From: Treponema sp.
GTDB taxonomy: Bacteria > Spirochaetota > Spirochaetia > Treponematales > Breznakiellaceae
DNA: 64,000 nt
Direction: 5' to 3'
Assembly: GCA_009782555.1 (NCBI GenBank)
Contig: WRIV01000012.1
Location: 1,470-65,469 of the forward strand
Of the stretch, positions 18,197-28,353 are shown one piece after another (the stretch's first letter is position 1; the number at the start of each line of letters is the position of its first letter). The notes under the pieces were generated by a model. The model made no database searches, had not been told where the DNA came from, and saw only the letters and a program-made list of their open reading frames with translations. Position numbers and translations under genes: made by a program.

Positions 18197-21100
18197 ATGA
18201 CTATACAGCGCTTTTTTACGGACCCGGAATCGGGGCCCTATAAGGATATTGTTTGGGAAAAACGGCGAAGCGAAATCCGCAATCCAGACGGGAAGACGAT
18301 TTTTTGCGAAGAAACGGTAATTGTCCCCGTTTTCTGGAGCCAGATTGCGGGCGATATTTTGGCCCAGAAATATTTTCGCAAGGCGGGGATCCCCGAAGAC
18401 AAGCGCTATGCCTGGCAGGAATGGGCTGGCACAGCCGGGCCCAATGATCCTGGCCTGGAACTTCCCAGCGATGGAGCGGAACACGATGCCCGCCAGGTCT
18501 TTCACCGCCTGGCCTTTACCTGGCTGTCCTGGGGACGAAACAGCGGTTTTTTCGGCAGCGAAGCGGACGAAAAAACTTTTTATGATGAAACCTGCCATAT
18601 GCTGGCTCATCAAATGGCGGCCCCCAATAGTCCTCAATGGTTTAATACGGGACTCTATTCGGTATACGGCATAGACGGCCCCGCTCAGGGCCACTACTAT
18701 GTGGACCCCGCCACGGGCAAGACGGAAAAATCGGACAGCGCATACAAGCGGCCTCAGCCGCATGCGTGCTTCATTCTTTCCATAGAAGACGATCTGGTAA
18801 ACGAGGGCGGCATCATGGACCTGGTAATCAGAGAGGCCCGGCTTTTTAAATACGGTTCCGGTACGGGATCCAACTTCTCCAAGATCCGGGCAGTCCACGA
18901 AAAGCTTTCCGGCGGCGGTGTTTCATCGGGACTGTTGTCGTTTCTTAGAATAGGTGACCGTTCCGCTTCGGCGGTAAAAAGCGGCGGCACCACCAGGCGG
19001 GCAGCAAAGATGATCACCCTTGATGCAGATCATCCTGATGTAGAAGGTTACATCGATTGGAAGGCTCAGGAAGAACACAAGGTCGCTTCCATGGTTGCCG
19101 GTTCCCTAGTGATCAAAAAACATCTGGATGCGGTAAAGAAAGCGGCGGCGGCTTTTCGGGGCCCGGCGGAAGACATCTTTAATATAGAAAAAAACCATGA
19201 ATTGGCCGGAGCCATCCGATCGGCTCTGGCAGAAAAGGTACCCCCTACTTACCTCTACCAGCTTCTCCGCCGGATTGAACAGGGGGACAATCCAGAGACG
19301 GCTGTGTTTTCTACCGCCTGGGATGACGAAGCTTATAACACCGTATCGGGCCAATCCTCCAACAACAGCCTTAGGGTGAGTGATGATTTTATGAAGGCTG
19401 TGGAACAGGACGGAACCTGGGATCTGCGGGAACGAGTTTCGGGAAAAGCTATTAAAACCGTGCAAGCAAGGGAACTATGGAATCGCATGGCCCGATCTGC
19501 CTGGCAGTGCGCCGATCCGGGACTCCAGTATCATTCGACGATTAACGAATGGCATACCTGTCCGGCGGGGGGAGAGATCCGGGCCAGCAATCCCTGCTCG
19601 GAATATATGTTTCTTGACGACACGGCCTGCAATCTGGCATCAATCAATCTGGGCTCCCTTTACAACCGGAAAAGAAAAAGTTTTAACATCGCCGGATACC
19701 TCCATGCAATAGATGTCTGGACCACGATCCTGGAAATTTCCGTAGTCATGGCTCAGTTCCCCGCCCCCCGGATTGCGGAACTTTCCTGCCAATACCGGAC
19801 CCTGGGACTGGGCTATGCCAATTTGGGGAGCCTTCTTATGGTGATGGGTCTGGCCTACGATTCGGAAGAGGGCCGGACAGTGGCGGCGGCCCTTTCGTCG
19901 ATCCTTACCGGCGAAGCCTACGCCCAGTCTGCCCGGATGGCCGCAGAGTTGGGACCCTTTATCCGTTACGAAGAAAACCAGGAGATGATGCTCCGGGTGA
20001 TCCGCAACCACCGCCGGGCAGCGTACAATGCGGCGGCGAGTGAATACGAAGGACTGTGTACAATTCCCCAGGGGATTGATCCTGCCCGGTGCCCGGCGGA
20101 ACTGCTTGCTGCGGCCCGGCAGGCCTGGGATCATGCGCTGGAGCTGGGAGAAGCCCGGGGTTTCCGCAATGCCCAGGTAAGCGCCATTGCTCCCACGGGA
20201 ACTATCGGCCTTTTAATGGACTGCGACACCACCGGAGTGGAGCCCGACTTTGCACTGGTAAAATTTAAAAAACTTGCGGGCGGTGGTTACTTTAAGATCA
20301 TCAATCAATCGGTGCCGCAGTCTCTGGAAATTCTGGGGTACAAAAAAACCGAGATCGAAACGATCACCGCCTATGCCACTGGACATAAGAGCTTTAAGGG
20401 TGCACCGGCGATCAACCCCGAAAGCCTTGCCGCCAAGGGATTTACCGCAGAAGCATTAGCGGCAGCGGAAGCAGCAGCGGCCAATGCGATTTCCCTGGAA
20501 AGCGTGTTTAATCCATGGATCCTGGGAAAGGAATTTGTGGAGAAAACACTGGCCGTTCCCGAATCAACCTGGTCCCTGCCGGGGTTCAACCTGCTTAAAC
20601 ATACCGGGTTCAATGATGAAGAGATCGCCGGAGCGGAACTGTATGTCTGCGGTACCATGGGACTGGAAGGAGCGCCGGGGCTAAAGGAAAAGGATCTTCC
20701 GGTGTTTGATACCGCCACTCCCTCCGGCAAAAATGGCCGCCGTTCCATACCCTGGCAAGCCCATGTGGGGATGATGGCGGCGGTGCAGCCCTTTATTACC
20801 GGAGCGATCAGCAAAACGATCAATATGCCCAATGCGGCGGATTTTGAAGATGTAAAAGGAGCATATATGCTCGCCTGGAAGAGCGGCCTGAAGGCGGTAG
20901 CTTTGTACCGGGACGGATCCAAGCTGTCCCAGCCCCTGTCCGCCTTTGCACCCGGCACCGATCCTCTGGCAGATACAATCCTCGTCCTCGAAAAGGACCT
21001 GTCCACTCCGGTCCGTTTTGACCGCCGATCCAGCGATACCCGGGGGCTTAGACGATCCCTGCCCAACCGCCGATCCGGTTATACCCAAAAGGCAAAGATC

Positions 21101-21673
21101 GGGGGTCATTCGATATTTATCCGGACCGGCGAATATGACAACGGTAAACTGGGAGAAATTTTTCTTGATATGCACAAAGAAGGAGCCGCTTTCCGGAGCC
21201 TCCTTAACAGTTTTGCCATCGCCGTTTCTCTGGGCCTCCAATATGGCGTACCTCTGGACGAATATGTGGATGCCTTTACTTTCAACCGCTTTGAGCCCAA
21301 CGGCATGGTTCAGGGCCATGACTACATTAAAATGTCTACCAGCGTGATCGATTATATCTTCCGGGATTTGGCGATCAGTTACCTAAAACGGACCGACCTG
21401 GGGCAGGTAAAGCCCGAGGATCTTCTCGCCACGGGAACCCAGGAAAGTACGGATCACAAAAACCGAAACAAGCCGGCAGGAAAGAGCCAGGAGGAGCCCC
21501 GTTTTGCTGAGGAACGGAAAAAAACTTCTGCCCAGCGGGAAACGGCTCAACGCATTGCCCGGATCAAAGGCTACGAAGGCGACTCCTGTCCAAACTGCGG
21601 TTCCTTAACCCTGATACGGAATGGTACCTGCATGAAGTGCGATACCTGCGGAGGAACTACGGGCTGTTCATGA
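18197..21673 (+). CDS. nrdJ: Class II (adenosylcobalamin-dependent) ribonucleotide reductase, long form with C-terminal zinc ribbon
   Basis: 1158 aa. RNR core motifs: [47 protein letters not shown]-terminus: [30 protein letters not shown]. Confidence 0.92.
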   Translation: MTIQRFFTDPESGPYKDIVWEKRRSEIRNPDGKTIFCEETVIVPVFWSQIAGDILAQKYFRKAGIPEDKRYAWQEWAGTAGPNDPGLELPSDGAEHDARQVFHRLAFTWLSWGRNSGFFGSEADEKTFYDETCHMLAHQMAAPNSPQWFNTGLYSVYGIDGPAQGHYYVDPATGKTEKSDSAYKRPQPHACFILSIEDDLVNEGGIMDLVIREARLFKYGSGTGSNFSKIRAVHEKLSGGGVSSGLLSFLRIGDRSASAVKSGGTTRRAAKMITLDADHPDVEGYIDWKAQEEHKVASMVAGSLVIKKHLDAVKKAAAAFRGPAEDIFNIEKNHELAGAIRSALAEKVPPTYLYQLLRRIEQGDNPETAVFSTAWDDEAYNTVSGQSSNNSLRVSDDFMKAVEQDGTWDLRERVSGKAIKTVQARELWNRMARSAWQCADPGLQYHSTINEWHTCPAGGEIRASNPCSEYMFLDDTACNLASINLGSLYNRKRKSFNIAGYLHAIDVWTTILEISVVMAQFPAPRIAELSCQYRTLGLGYANLGSLLMVMGLAYDSEEGRTVAAALSSILTGEAYAQSARMAAELGPFIRYEENQEMMLRVIRNHRRAAYNAAASEYEGLCTIPQGIDPARCPAELLAAARQAWDHALELGEARGFRNAQVSAIAPTGTIGLLMDCDTTGVEPDFALVKFKKLAGGGYFKIINQSVPQSLEILGYKKTEIETITAYATGHKSFKGAPAINPESLAAKGFTAEALAAAEAAAANAISLESVFNPWILGKEFVEKTLAVPESTWSLPGFNLLKHTGFNDEEIAGAELYVCGTMGLEGAPGLKEKDLPVFDTATPSGKNGRRSIPWQAHVGMMAAVQPFITGAISKTINMPNAADFEDVKGAYMLAWKSGLKAVALYRDGSKLSQPLSAFAPGTDPLADTILVLEKDLSTPVRFDRRSSDTRGLRRSLPNRRSGYTQKAKIGGHSIFIRTGEYDNGKLGEIFLDMHKEGAAFRSLLNSFAIAVSLGLQYGVPLDEYVDAFTFNRFEPNGMVQGHDYIKMSTSVIDYIFRDLAISYLKRTDLGQVKPEDLLATGTQESTDHKNRNKPAGKSQEEPRFAEERKKTSAQRETAQRIARIKGYEGDSCPNCGSLTLIRNGTCMKCDTCGGTTGCS

Positions 21674-21707
21674 CATATGCAAGAATTATAGATTAAGATG
21701 CAATGGA

Positions 21708-21736
21708 TTGAATAAAGCTCCCTTTCGGTTTACACT
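21708..21736 (+). promoter_or_regulatory. Candidate sigma70 promoter for PFOR
   Basis: TTGAAT (21708-21713), a 17-nt spacer and TACACT (21731-21736), about 30 nt upstream of the ATG. Confidence 0.35.
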
Positions 21737-21765
21737 AAAAAAAACTCTAATATTCGAGGAAAAAA

Positions 21766-24700
21766 ATGGCAGACAAAAACATTGTTATGATTGATGGTAA
21801 TACTGCGGCAGCCTATGTGGCTCATGCGTTAAGCGAAGTAATCGCTATCTATCCGATTACCCCTTCCAGCCCAATGGGAGAAATTTCGGACGAGTTTTCC
21901 TCTCAAGGCAGAAAAAATCTCTGGGGAACCATTCCGGAAGTGGCGGAAATGCAGTCCGAAGCGGGAGCCGCCGGGACTGTCCACGGCGCTTTGACTACCG
22001 GAGCCCTTTCCACGACCTTTACCGCCTCCCAGGGTCTGCTCCTGATGATTCCAAATATGTACAAAATCGCCGGGGAGCTTACATCCACGGTGTTCCATAT
22101 TGCCGCCCGGGCGCTGGCTACTTCCAGCCTTTCCATTTTCGGCGACCACCAGGATGTGATGGCCTGCCGCCAGACCGGCTGGGCCATGCTGGCTTCCAAC
22201 AGCGTCCAGGAAGTAATGGATATGGGAATAATTGCCCATGCCGCAACCCTCCGTTCCAGGATTCCCTTCCTCCACTTCTTTGATGGTTTTAGGACCAGCC
22301 ACGAACTTCAAAAAATTGAAGAAACCTCCTATGAGGTGATGAGGCAGATGATCGAAGACAAACTAGTTCAGGAACACCGGGCCCGGGGTCTGACGCCGGA
22401 AAATCCCCGGATCCGGGGTACAGCCCAGAATCCCGATACTTATTTTCAGGGCAGGGAAGGGGTAAACAGATACTACGATGCAGTGCCAGCCATTGTTCAG
22501 GCAGAAATGGATAAATATGCAAAACTTACCGGACGGACCTATCACATCTTTGACTACTTTGGCGCCAAAGATGCGGAAAAAGTGATCATCATCATGGGGT
22601 CCGGCGCGGAAACCTGCGAAGAGACCGTTGAAAATATGAACAAAAAGGGAGAAAAGACCGGCGTTCTTAAAGTAAGGCTTTTCCGGCCCTTTGATGCAGC
22701 AGCCTTTGTAAAGGCTCTGCCCTCCACGGTCAAGGGTATCGCCGTTCTGGACCGGACCAAGGATCCAGGCGCTCTGGGTGAACCCCTCTACGAGGATGTA
22801 CGTACAGCCATTGGCGAAACTATGGCCGCCGGATCCGCTCCTTTCTCCAATTATCCCCTGGTGCTTGGAGGCCGCTATGGCCTGGGTTCCAAGGAATTTT
22901 CCCCCGCCATGGTCAAGGCGGTTTTCGAAAACCTTTCCGGAAAAAAGATGGCCCGCTTTATGGTGGGAGTCAAGGACGATATTCAAGGCAAGAGCCTGGA
23001 CTGGGACGAACATTTTGTTATTGCCGAAGACGGGATGAACGAGGCGCTGTTCTATGGCCTCGGTTCTGACGGAACAGTGGGAGCAAACAAAAACTCAATC
23101 AAGATTATCAGCGAGGCAAAGCCTGAACTCAACGCCCAGGCATACTTCTCCTACGATTCAAAAAAATCGGGCGGCTTTACTGTTTCCCACCTTCGCTTTG
23201 GCAAAGGAGAAATCCGGCGGCCTTATTTGATTACTAAAGCGGACTTTTTGGCCTGCCATAAATTCTCCTATATGGAAACCTACGATATGTTGGCCAAAAT
23301 CAAAGAAGGAGGCACCTTCCTCCTCAACAGTCCCTTCAAGGCGGCGGATGTGTGGAAGGAAATACCCGTGGAGGCTCAAAAACGCATCATCGACAAGAAG
23401 GTGAAATTCTATATAATTGATGCCGCTGAAATTGCCCGGAGTACCGGCATGGGGAACCGTATCAATACGGTCATGCAGGCTGCTTACTTTAAAATTTCCG
23501 GTGTTCTGCCTGAAGCTGAAGCGGTTAAATTGATGAAAGAACATATTGCGCATTCCTACGGTAAAAAGGGCGCCGATATTGTCGAAAAGAACTACAAAAC
23601 TGTGGATGCGGCCCTGAATGCGGTGGAAGAGATTAAGTATCCCTCTAACTGCGAAGGGAACATCCATATGAAGAAACCCTTTGCCACCGCCAAGGACAGC
23701 TGGATCAGGGAAACTCTGGGAACCATGTCGATTCAGGAAGGGGACACACTGCCGGTCAGTAAAATCCCCGAAGACGGCACCTTCCCCACCGCCACCACCC
23801 AGTACGAAAAAAGGACCGTTGCCGAACGGGTTCCCACCTGGAATCCAGATGTATGTATCCAGTGTGGTAACTGCGCCTTTGTATGTTCGCATGCCTGCAT
23901 CCGCATGAAAAATATAAGCGACGCCGATGCAGCCAAGGCTCCTAAGGGCTTTAAGGCTGCGGCGATTAAACCCAAAACCGTAGACGGCCAAAAGGCGGTG
24001 CTGGTTATTTCCACCGAGGACTGCATGGATTGCGGCCTTTGTATTAATGTCTGCCCCATGTCAAAAGATGAGAGCAAGCCCTGCGCTCTTTCCTGGAAGT
24101 CCTATACCGATGATCCCGAATTCCACGCCGAACAGGTTGCGGTTTGGGAATTTTTCCAGAACCTGCCTGAGACCCCAGCGGGCGAATTAACCACCCCCAA
24201 AGCCCTGGCCTACAAACGGCCCCTGTTTGAATTCTCCGGAGCCTGCGGCGGCTGCGGTGAAACCCCCTATGTAAAACTTATGTCCCAGCTTTTCGGCGAC
24301 AGGGCGATTATCGCCAATGCCACGGGCTGCTCTTCGATTTACGGCGGAAACCTCCCCACCACCCCCTACTGCAAAAACAGCATTGGCCGGGGACCGGCGT
24401 GGTCAAACAGCCTCTTTGAAGATGCGGCAGAATTCGGCATGGGTTTCCGGTTAACCAGCGACAAACTGGCCATCCATGTCCGGGAAATGGCGGCCCAGGC
24501 CAAGATCGAAGGCATTGCATCGGGAATCATCGATAAACTGCTGGCTAATACCCAGGTCGACGATGCGGCCATTGAGGAACAGCGCAAAAATGTGGATGAA
24601 CTTAAGGACGCCCTGAAAAACGACTCCAAGCCCACGGCGAAAATGCTCCTTTCCCTGGCCGACTACTTTATCAAGAGGTCGGTGTGGATCCTGGGCGGCG

Positions 24701-25323
24701 ACGGCTGGGGTTATGATATCGGTTATGGCGGCCTGGATCATGTAATTGCTTCGGGCAAGAACGTGAACCTCCTTTGCATGGACACCGAAGTCTACTCCAA
24801 TACCGGCGGCCAGATGTCCAAGGCTACCCCGGTGGGAGCTATCGCCAAGTTTGCTGCGGCGGGTAAGGAAATTACCAAAAAAGACCTGGGCGCCATGGCT
24901 ATAAGCTACGGTTATGTATATACCGCCAAGATCTCCTTGGGGGCAAATATTGCCCAGACCATCAAGGCGTTCCGCGAAGCGGAATCTTACGATGGTCCCT
25001 CCCTTATCGTTGCCTATTCCCACTGTATCAACCACGGCATTGACATGAGTAAAGGACTTGATCAAGGAAAGGCGGTGGTTACCTCCGGCCTGTGGCCCCT
25101 GTACCGTTACGATCCCCGGCTAAAGGATCAGGGCAAGAATCCTTTCCAGTTGGATTCCAAGGAACCCACCACAAGCCTGGAAGACTTTATGTATAAGGAA
25201 GTGCGGTTCAAGAGCCTAAAGGCGGCCAGTCCAGACCGGGCAGATGCACTGTTGGCCAAAGCAAAAGTCCAGGCGGAACGAGTGTACAAGGAATACAAGT
25301 ACTTGGCGGATCGGCCCTTCTAG
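21766..25323 (+). CDS. nifJ: Pyruvate:ferredoxin (flavodoxin) oxidoreductase, single-polypeptide type
   Basis: 1185 aa. Begins MDGNTAAAYVAHALSEVIAIYPITPSSPMGE. Two ferredoxin-type clusters (CIQCGNCAFVCSHAC and CMDCGLCINVCP). TPP-binding motif GGDGWGYDIGYGGLDH. Confidence 0.95.
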   Translation: MADKNIVMIDGNTAAAYVAHALSEVIAIYPITPSSPMGEISDEFSSQGRKNLWGTIPEVAEMQSEAGAAGTVHGALTTGALSTTFTASQGLLLMIPNMYKIAGELTSTVFHIAARALATSSLSIFGDHQDVMACRQTGWAMLASNSVQEVMDMGIIAHAATLRSRIPFLHFFDGFRTSHELQKIEETSYEVMRQMIEDKLVQEHRARGLTPENPRIRGTAQNPDTYFQGREGVNRYYDAVPAIVQAEMDKYAKLTGRTYHIFDYFGAKDAEKVIIIMGSGAETCEETVENMNKKGEKTGVLKVRLFRPFDAAAFVKALPSTVKGIAVLDRTKDPGALGEPLYEDVRTAIGETMAAGSAPFSNYPLVLGGRYGLGSKEFSPAMVKAVFENLSGKKMARFMVGVKDDIQGKSLDWDEHFVIAEDGMNEALFYGLGSDGTVGANKNSIKIISEAKPELNAQAYFSYDSKKSGGFTVSHLRFGKGEIRRPYLITKADFLACHKFSYMETYDMLAKIKEGGTFLLNSPFKAADVWKEIPVEAQKRIIDKKVKFYIIDAAEIARSTGMGNRINTVMQAAYFKISGVLPEAEAVKLMKEHIAHSYGKKGADIVEKNYKTVDAALNAVEEIKYPSNCEGNIHMKKPFATAKDSWIRETLGTMSIQEGDTLPVSKIPEDGTFPTATTQYEKRTVAERVPTWNPDVCIQCGNCAFVCSHACIRMKNISDADAAKAPKGFKAAAIKPKTVDGQKAVLVISTEDCMDCGLCINVCPMSKDESKPCALSWKSYTDDPEFHAEQVAVWEFFQNLPETPAGELTTPKALAYKRPLFEFSGACGGCGETPYVKLMSQLFGDRAIIANATGCSSIYGGNLPTTPYCKNSIGRGPAWSNSLFEDAAEFGMGFRLTSDKLAIHVREMAAQAKIEGIASGIIDKLLANTQVDDAAIEEQRKNVDELKDALKNDSKPTAKMLLSLADYFIKRSVWILGGDGWGYDIGYGGLDHVIASGKNVNLLCMDTEVYSNTGGQMSKATPVGAIAKFAAAGKEITKKDLGAMAISYGYVYTAKISLGANIAQTIKAFREAESYDGPSLIVAYSHCINHGIDMSKGLDQGKAVVTSGLWPLYRYDPRLKDQGKNPFQLDSKEPTTSLEDFMYKEVRFKSLKAASPDRADALLAKAKVQAERVYKEYKYLADRPF

Positions 25324-25331
25324 GGAAAAAT

Positions 25332-25363
25332 CTTAAAACCGGCATTATTATGCCGGTTTTAAG
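25332..25363 (+). terminator. Rho-independent terminator after PFOR
   Basis: CTTAAAACCGGCAT (25332-25345) pairs perfectly with ATGCCGGTTTTAAG (25350-25363) around a 4-nt loop. The 3' arm carries a T-run. Confidence 0.7.
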
Positions 25364-25439
25364 CATATACATCTTTGTTCGTGTTTCTTAAAGAGAAAAA
25401 AAAAAAAGCCGAAAATATAGTCGGGGTTTTTATTTATTT

Positions 25440-25841
25440 ATGGATCAAGAAACACGGAAAACCATCCTGGCAGTTGATGATAGTGTAACCCAGCTTAAAA
25501 TTTTTGAGACATTTTTAAGTCCTCATTACAATCTTTCTCTGGTCAAGTCAGCGGCGGAAGCCCTGGGATTGATAGAAAAAATGGATTTTGACTTGATCCT
25601 GCTGGATATAGAAATGCCCGATATGTCGGGCTTTGAATTCCTCCATGAAATTCGAAAGAATACCCGATACATGACTAAACCAGTAATCATCATCAGTAAT
25701 CATACCGAACCGGATTTCCTGGCCCACGCCAATAGTTCCAGCGCCATTGAAGTGTTAACTAAGCCGGTGGAATCCCGGGACCTGCTGGCGGCCATAGAAA
25801 TGGCCCTTACTATGCCTGAAAAAAAACCCTTTGACTTCTAG
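25440..25841 (+). CDS. Single-domain CheY-like response regulator
   Basis: 133 aa. Motifs: ILAVDDSVTQ, LILLDIEMPDMSGFEF, LTKPV. Paralog of the ORF at 1730-2098. Confidence 0.9.
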   Translation: MDQETRKTILAVDDSVTQLKIFETFLSPHYNLSLVKSAAEALGLIEKMDFDLILLDIEMPDMSGFEFLHEIRKNTRYMTKPVIIISNHTEPDFLAHANSSSAIEVLTKPVESRDLLAAIEMALTMPEKKPFDF

Positions 25842-25886
25842 CTGCTTTACTAGATTTTTCTCAAAATAAGGAATATCATTATTCAT

Positions 25887-27161
25887 ATGTATCTTACCGG
25901 AACTTCAGAAATCAGGCGTATTGGTTTTGTTTCTACCCGTTTCAAGGGAACTGACGGAGTTTCCCTTGAAACGACCAAGTGGCGGCAGGTTCTGGAAAAA
26001 ATGGGATACGGCTGTTTTTTCTTCTCCGGCCTTTCCGATTGGGAGCCTGCCAAATCCATGGTGATGGAGGAAGCATACTTTGGTCATCCGCTGATTACCG
26101 ATATTCAAGATCGCTGTTTCGGCATTACCGTCCGGGGCGAAGCGCTTTCCGGAGAAATCCAGGCAGTGCGCTTTCGCCTGAAACGGGCTCTTTATGAATT
26201 TATCGAGCAATTCGCCGTAGACCTCCTGATCGTTGAAAATGCCTTGACCATCCCCATGAACATACCTCTTGGTTTGGCCCTTACTGAATTTATCGCCGAA
26301 ACAGGAATGCCTGCCATTGCCCATCACCATGACTTTGCCTGGGAACGGCAGCGTTTTTCCGTTAACTGTGTGGAGGATTACCTTTCCATGGCCTTTCCCC
26401 CCAGGCTCCATCCGATCAATCATGTGGTAATCAATTCCGAAGCCCGCAGGCTCCTTTCGTACCGCTGCGGTCTTTCTTCGACAATCATTCCCAATGTATT
26501 TGATTTTGATACACCTCCTCCCGTGCTGGATGATTATGGGCGGTCCATGCGCAGCGACTTGGGGGTAGGAAATGATTTGCTCCTCCTCCAGCCAACAAGG
26601 GTTATTGCCCGTAAGGGCATAGAACACGCCATAGAGCTTGCCTCTAGGCTTAAGTCAAGAAAGGCTCATCTCCTAATCAGCCACCAGGAACGGGACGAGG
26701 GGTCTGAATATTATCAGCGGACCATGGATTATGCAAAACTTTTGGGAGTAGATGTGATCGTCCGGCCCGACATTATTGGGGCCGAACGCTGCCTGACCGA
26801 GGAAGGAAAGAAAAAATACAGCCTTTGGGATTGTTACCTGAATGCGGACTTTGTTACCTATCCTTCCACCTACGAAGGATTCGGTAATGCTTTCCTGGAA
26901 GCCCTGTGGTTTAAAAAACCAATTCTGGTAAACCGGTACTCCATATTTCAGCAGGATATAGAACCTCTGGATTTTGACGTTGTGGTCATGGATACCTACA
27001 TTACCCCGGAAACGGTGGACACGGTTAGCACCATACTGGATAATCCCGATGCAGTGGAGGTAATGACTGCAAGAAATTTTGAATTGGGAAAACGCTTCTT
27101 TTCCTTTTCCCTGCTTGAACAGCGGCTCCGTCAAGTGTTGATGAATTTCGGCAAACTTTAA
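25887..27161 (+). CDS. GT-B fold glycosyltransferase (GT4-like), acceptor unknown
   Basis: 424 aa. C-terminal E-x7-E region: YPSTYEGFGNAFLEALWFKKPILVNRY. N-terminal start typical of retaining GT4 enzymes: RIGFVSTRFKGTDGVSLET. Confidence 0.7.
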   Translation: MYLTGTSEIRRIGFVSTRFKGTDGVSLETTKWRQVLEKMGYGCFFFSGLSDWEPAKSMVMEEAYFGHPLITDIQDRCFGITVRGEALSGEIQAVRFRLKRALYEFIEQFAVDLLIVENALTIPMNIPLGLALTEFIAETGMPAIAHHHDFAWERQRFSVNCVEDYLSMAFPPRLHPINHVVINSEARRLLSYRCGLSSTIIPNVFDFDTPPPVLDDYGRSMRSDLGVGNDLLLLQPTRVIARKGIEHAIELASRLKSRKAHLLISHQERDEGSEYYQRTMDYAKLLGVDVIVRPDIIGAERCLTEEGKKKYSLWDCYLNADFVTYPSTYEGFGNAFLEALWFKKPILVNRYSIFQQDIEPLDFDVVVMDTYITPETVDTVSTILDNPDAVEVMTARNFELGKRFFSFSLLEQRLRQVLMNFGKL

Positions 27162-27164
27162 GGA

Positions 27165-28346
27165 GTGGATATGATTCAGGTTTTTTCCGCCCATACCAGT
27201 GAAATTGATGATGTGGAAGCGGCGGTATCCGAAATTCTGGAACAGCTGAATATAAACCGCCGGTTAAAATATTCGGCGGGGATCATGTATTACTATGGCG
27301 ATTTTGCCCATACCGGAGTGGTACAGCAAATCAGTAAAAACCTGCCCTTTCCCATTGTTGGAGGAACCACCTCAAATTCAGCCATTCGGGGATCAAAAGA
27401 AGATATAACCCTTACCATTACCGTTTTTACCAGCGATGATGTAGCTTTTTCCGCCGGGATAAGTGAATCTCTCCATAACCAGCCCTTTATGCCCCTGGAA
27501 AAACTCTATAAACAAATGCTGGAAGAAAAACCTCATGGTGCGGGAAAAAAACCGGCGATGTTTTATATCGTGGTTCCGCATTTTTACGAAATTACCGGGG
27601 ACGATTATCTGGCAGCCCTTGACGGCCTGAGTGGAGGCGTTCCGGTCTTCGGTTCCGTAGCCTTTACCCATACGGTAGATTTTAAAGACATCAAGACCTT
27701 TTATAACGGCGTTGAATATGACAACGCCATGGCGGTACTCGCCTTTTGGGGGGACTTGGAGCCGCAGTTTTTTGTTTCTAATATTCCAGAAGAGCAAATT
27801 ATTAATAAACAGGCAGTTATTACCGATTCCTACCGGAACAGAGTCAAGCGGGTTAATGGCATTCCTGTCCTGGAATACCTGGAATCCATAGGCCTTGCCA
27901 AGGACGGACAACTGAAAGGGATTGGCTCCTTTCCCCTGGTTTTACATCTGCCCGATGGATCCCGTCTGGTTCGTACTATTTACGGCGCCGAAGACGGGGA
28001 ACTCTTATGCAGCGGAGCAGTGCCTTCCGGTTATCCCATGGGAATTTCTTTTTGCGACAGGGACTTTGTTATGGAATCGGCCCGGAAAACCGCAGAAAAA
28101 TGCAAAAAATGGCTGGAATCCCGGAATTTTTCTGAACCCCGATCGGCCCTGGTTATTTCCTGCGCCGCCCGGAGGTGGACCCTGGGCTCCGATGTCTATG
28201 CGGAGGTTCGGGAAATCGATACAGGACTGAAAGATCTGCCCTACCACTTTATCTATACCCGGGGTGAGTTCTGTCCTGTTCATATCCAGGAAAATAGAAC
28301 GACCAATTATTTTTTTAATTTTACTCTGGGTATTTGCGTTTTGTAG
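27165..28346 (+). CDS. FIST (FIST_N plus FIST_C) sensory-domain protein
   Basis: 393 aa, no TM segment. Layout and motifs typical of FIST proteins (…VGGTTSNSAI…, C-terminal …YTRGEFCPV). It starts 4 nt after the glycosyltransferase stop and ends 7 nt before the kinase. Confidence 0.7.
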   Translation: MDMIQVFSAHTSEIDDVEAAVSEILEQLNINRRLKYSAGIMYYYGDFAHTGVVQQISKNLPFPIVGGTTSNSAIRGSKEDITLTITVFTSDDVAFSAGISESLHNQPFMPLEKLYKQMLEEKPHGAGKKPAMFYIVVPHFYEITGDDYLAALDGLSGGVPVFGSVAFTHTVDFKDIKTFYNGVEYDNAMAVLAFWGDLEPQFFVSNIPEEQIINKQAVITDSYRNRVKRVNGIPVLEYLESIGLAKDGQLKGIGSFPLVLHLPDGSRLVRTIYGAEDGELLCSGAVPSGYPMGISFCDRDFVMESARKTAEKCKKWLESRNFSEPRSALVISCAARRWTLGSDVYAEVREIDTGLKDLPYHFIYTRGEFCPVHIQENRTTNYFFNFTLGICVL

Positions 28347-28353
28347 GTAAAGC

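Noticed and set aside
18179-18898. 239-aa ORF on the minus strand, together with others at 19640-20134, 20371-21066 and 20681-21319, all inside nrdJ.
   Set aside because: They lie antisense to a gene with unmistakable RNR motifs. Their translations are Arg/Gly/Pro-rich low-complexity sequence, as expected for open antisense frames in G+C-biased coding DNA.
18197-21673. Whether the large size of NrdJ (1158 aa) reflects an intein.
   Set aside because: There are no intein splice-junction signatures; for example, no HN followed by Cys/Ser/Thr. The extra length is explained by the known internal insertion and the C-terminal zinc-ribbon extension of long class II RNRs.
25905-26627. 240-aa minus-strand ORF.
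   Set aside because: It is antisense to the glycosyltransferase gene. The plus-strand frame carries the GT4 E-x7-E motif and fits the operon spacing.
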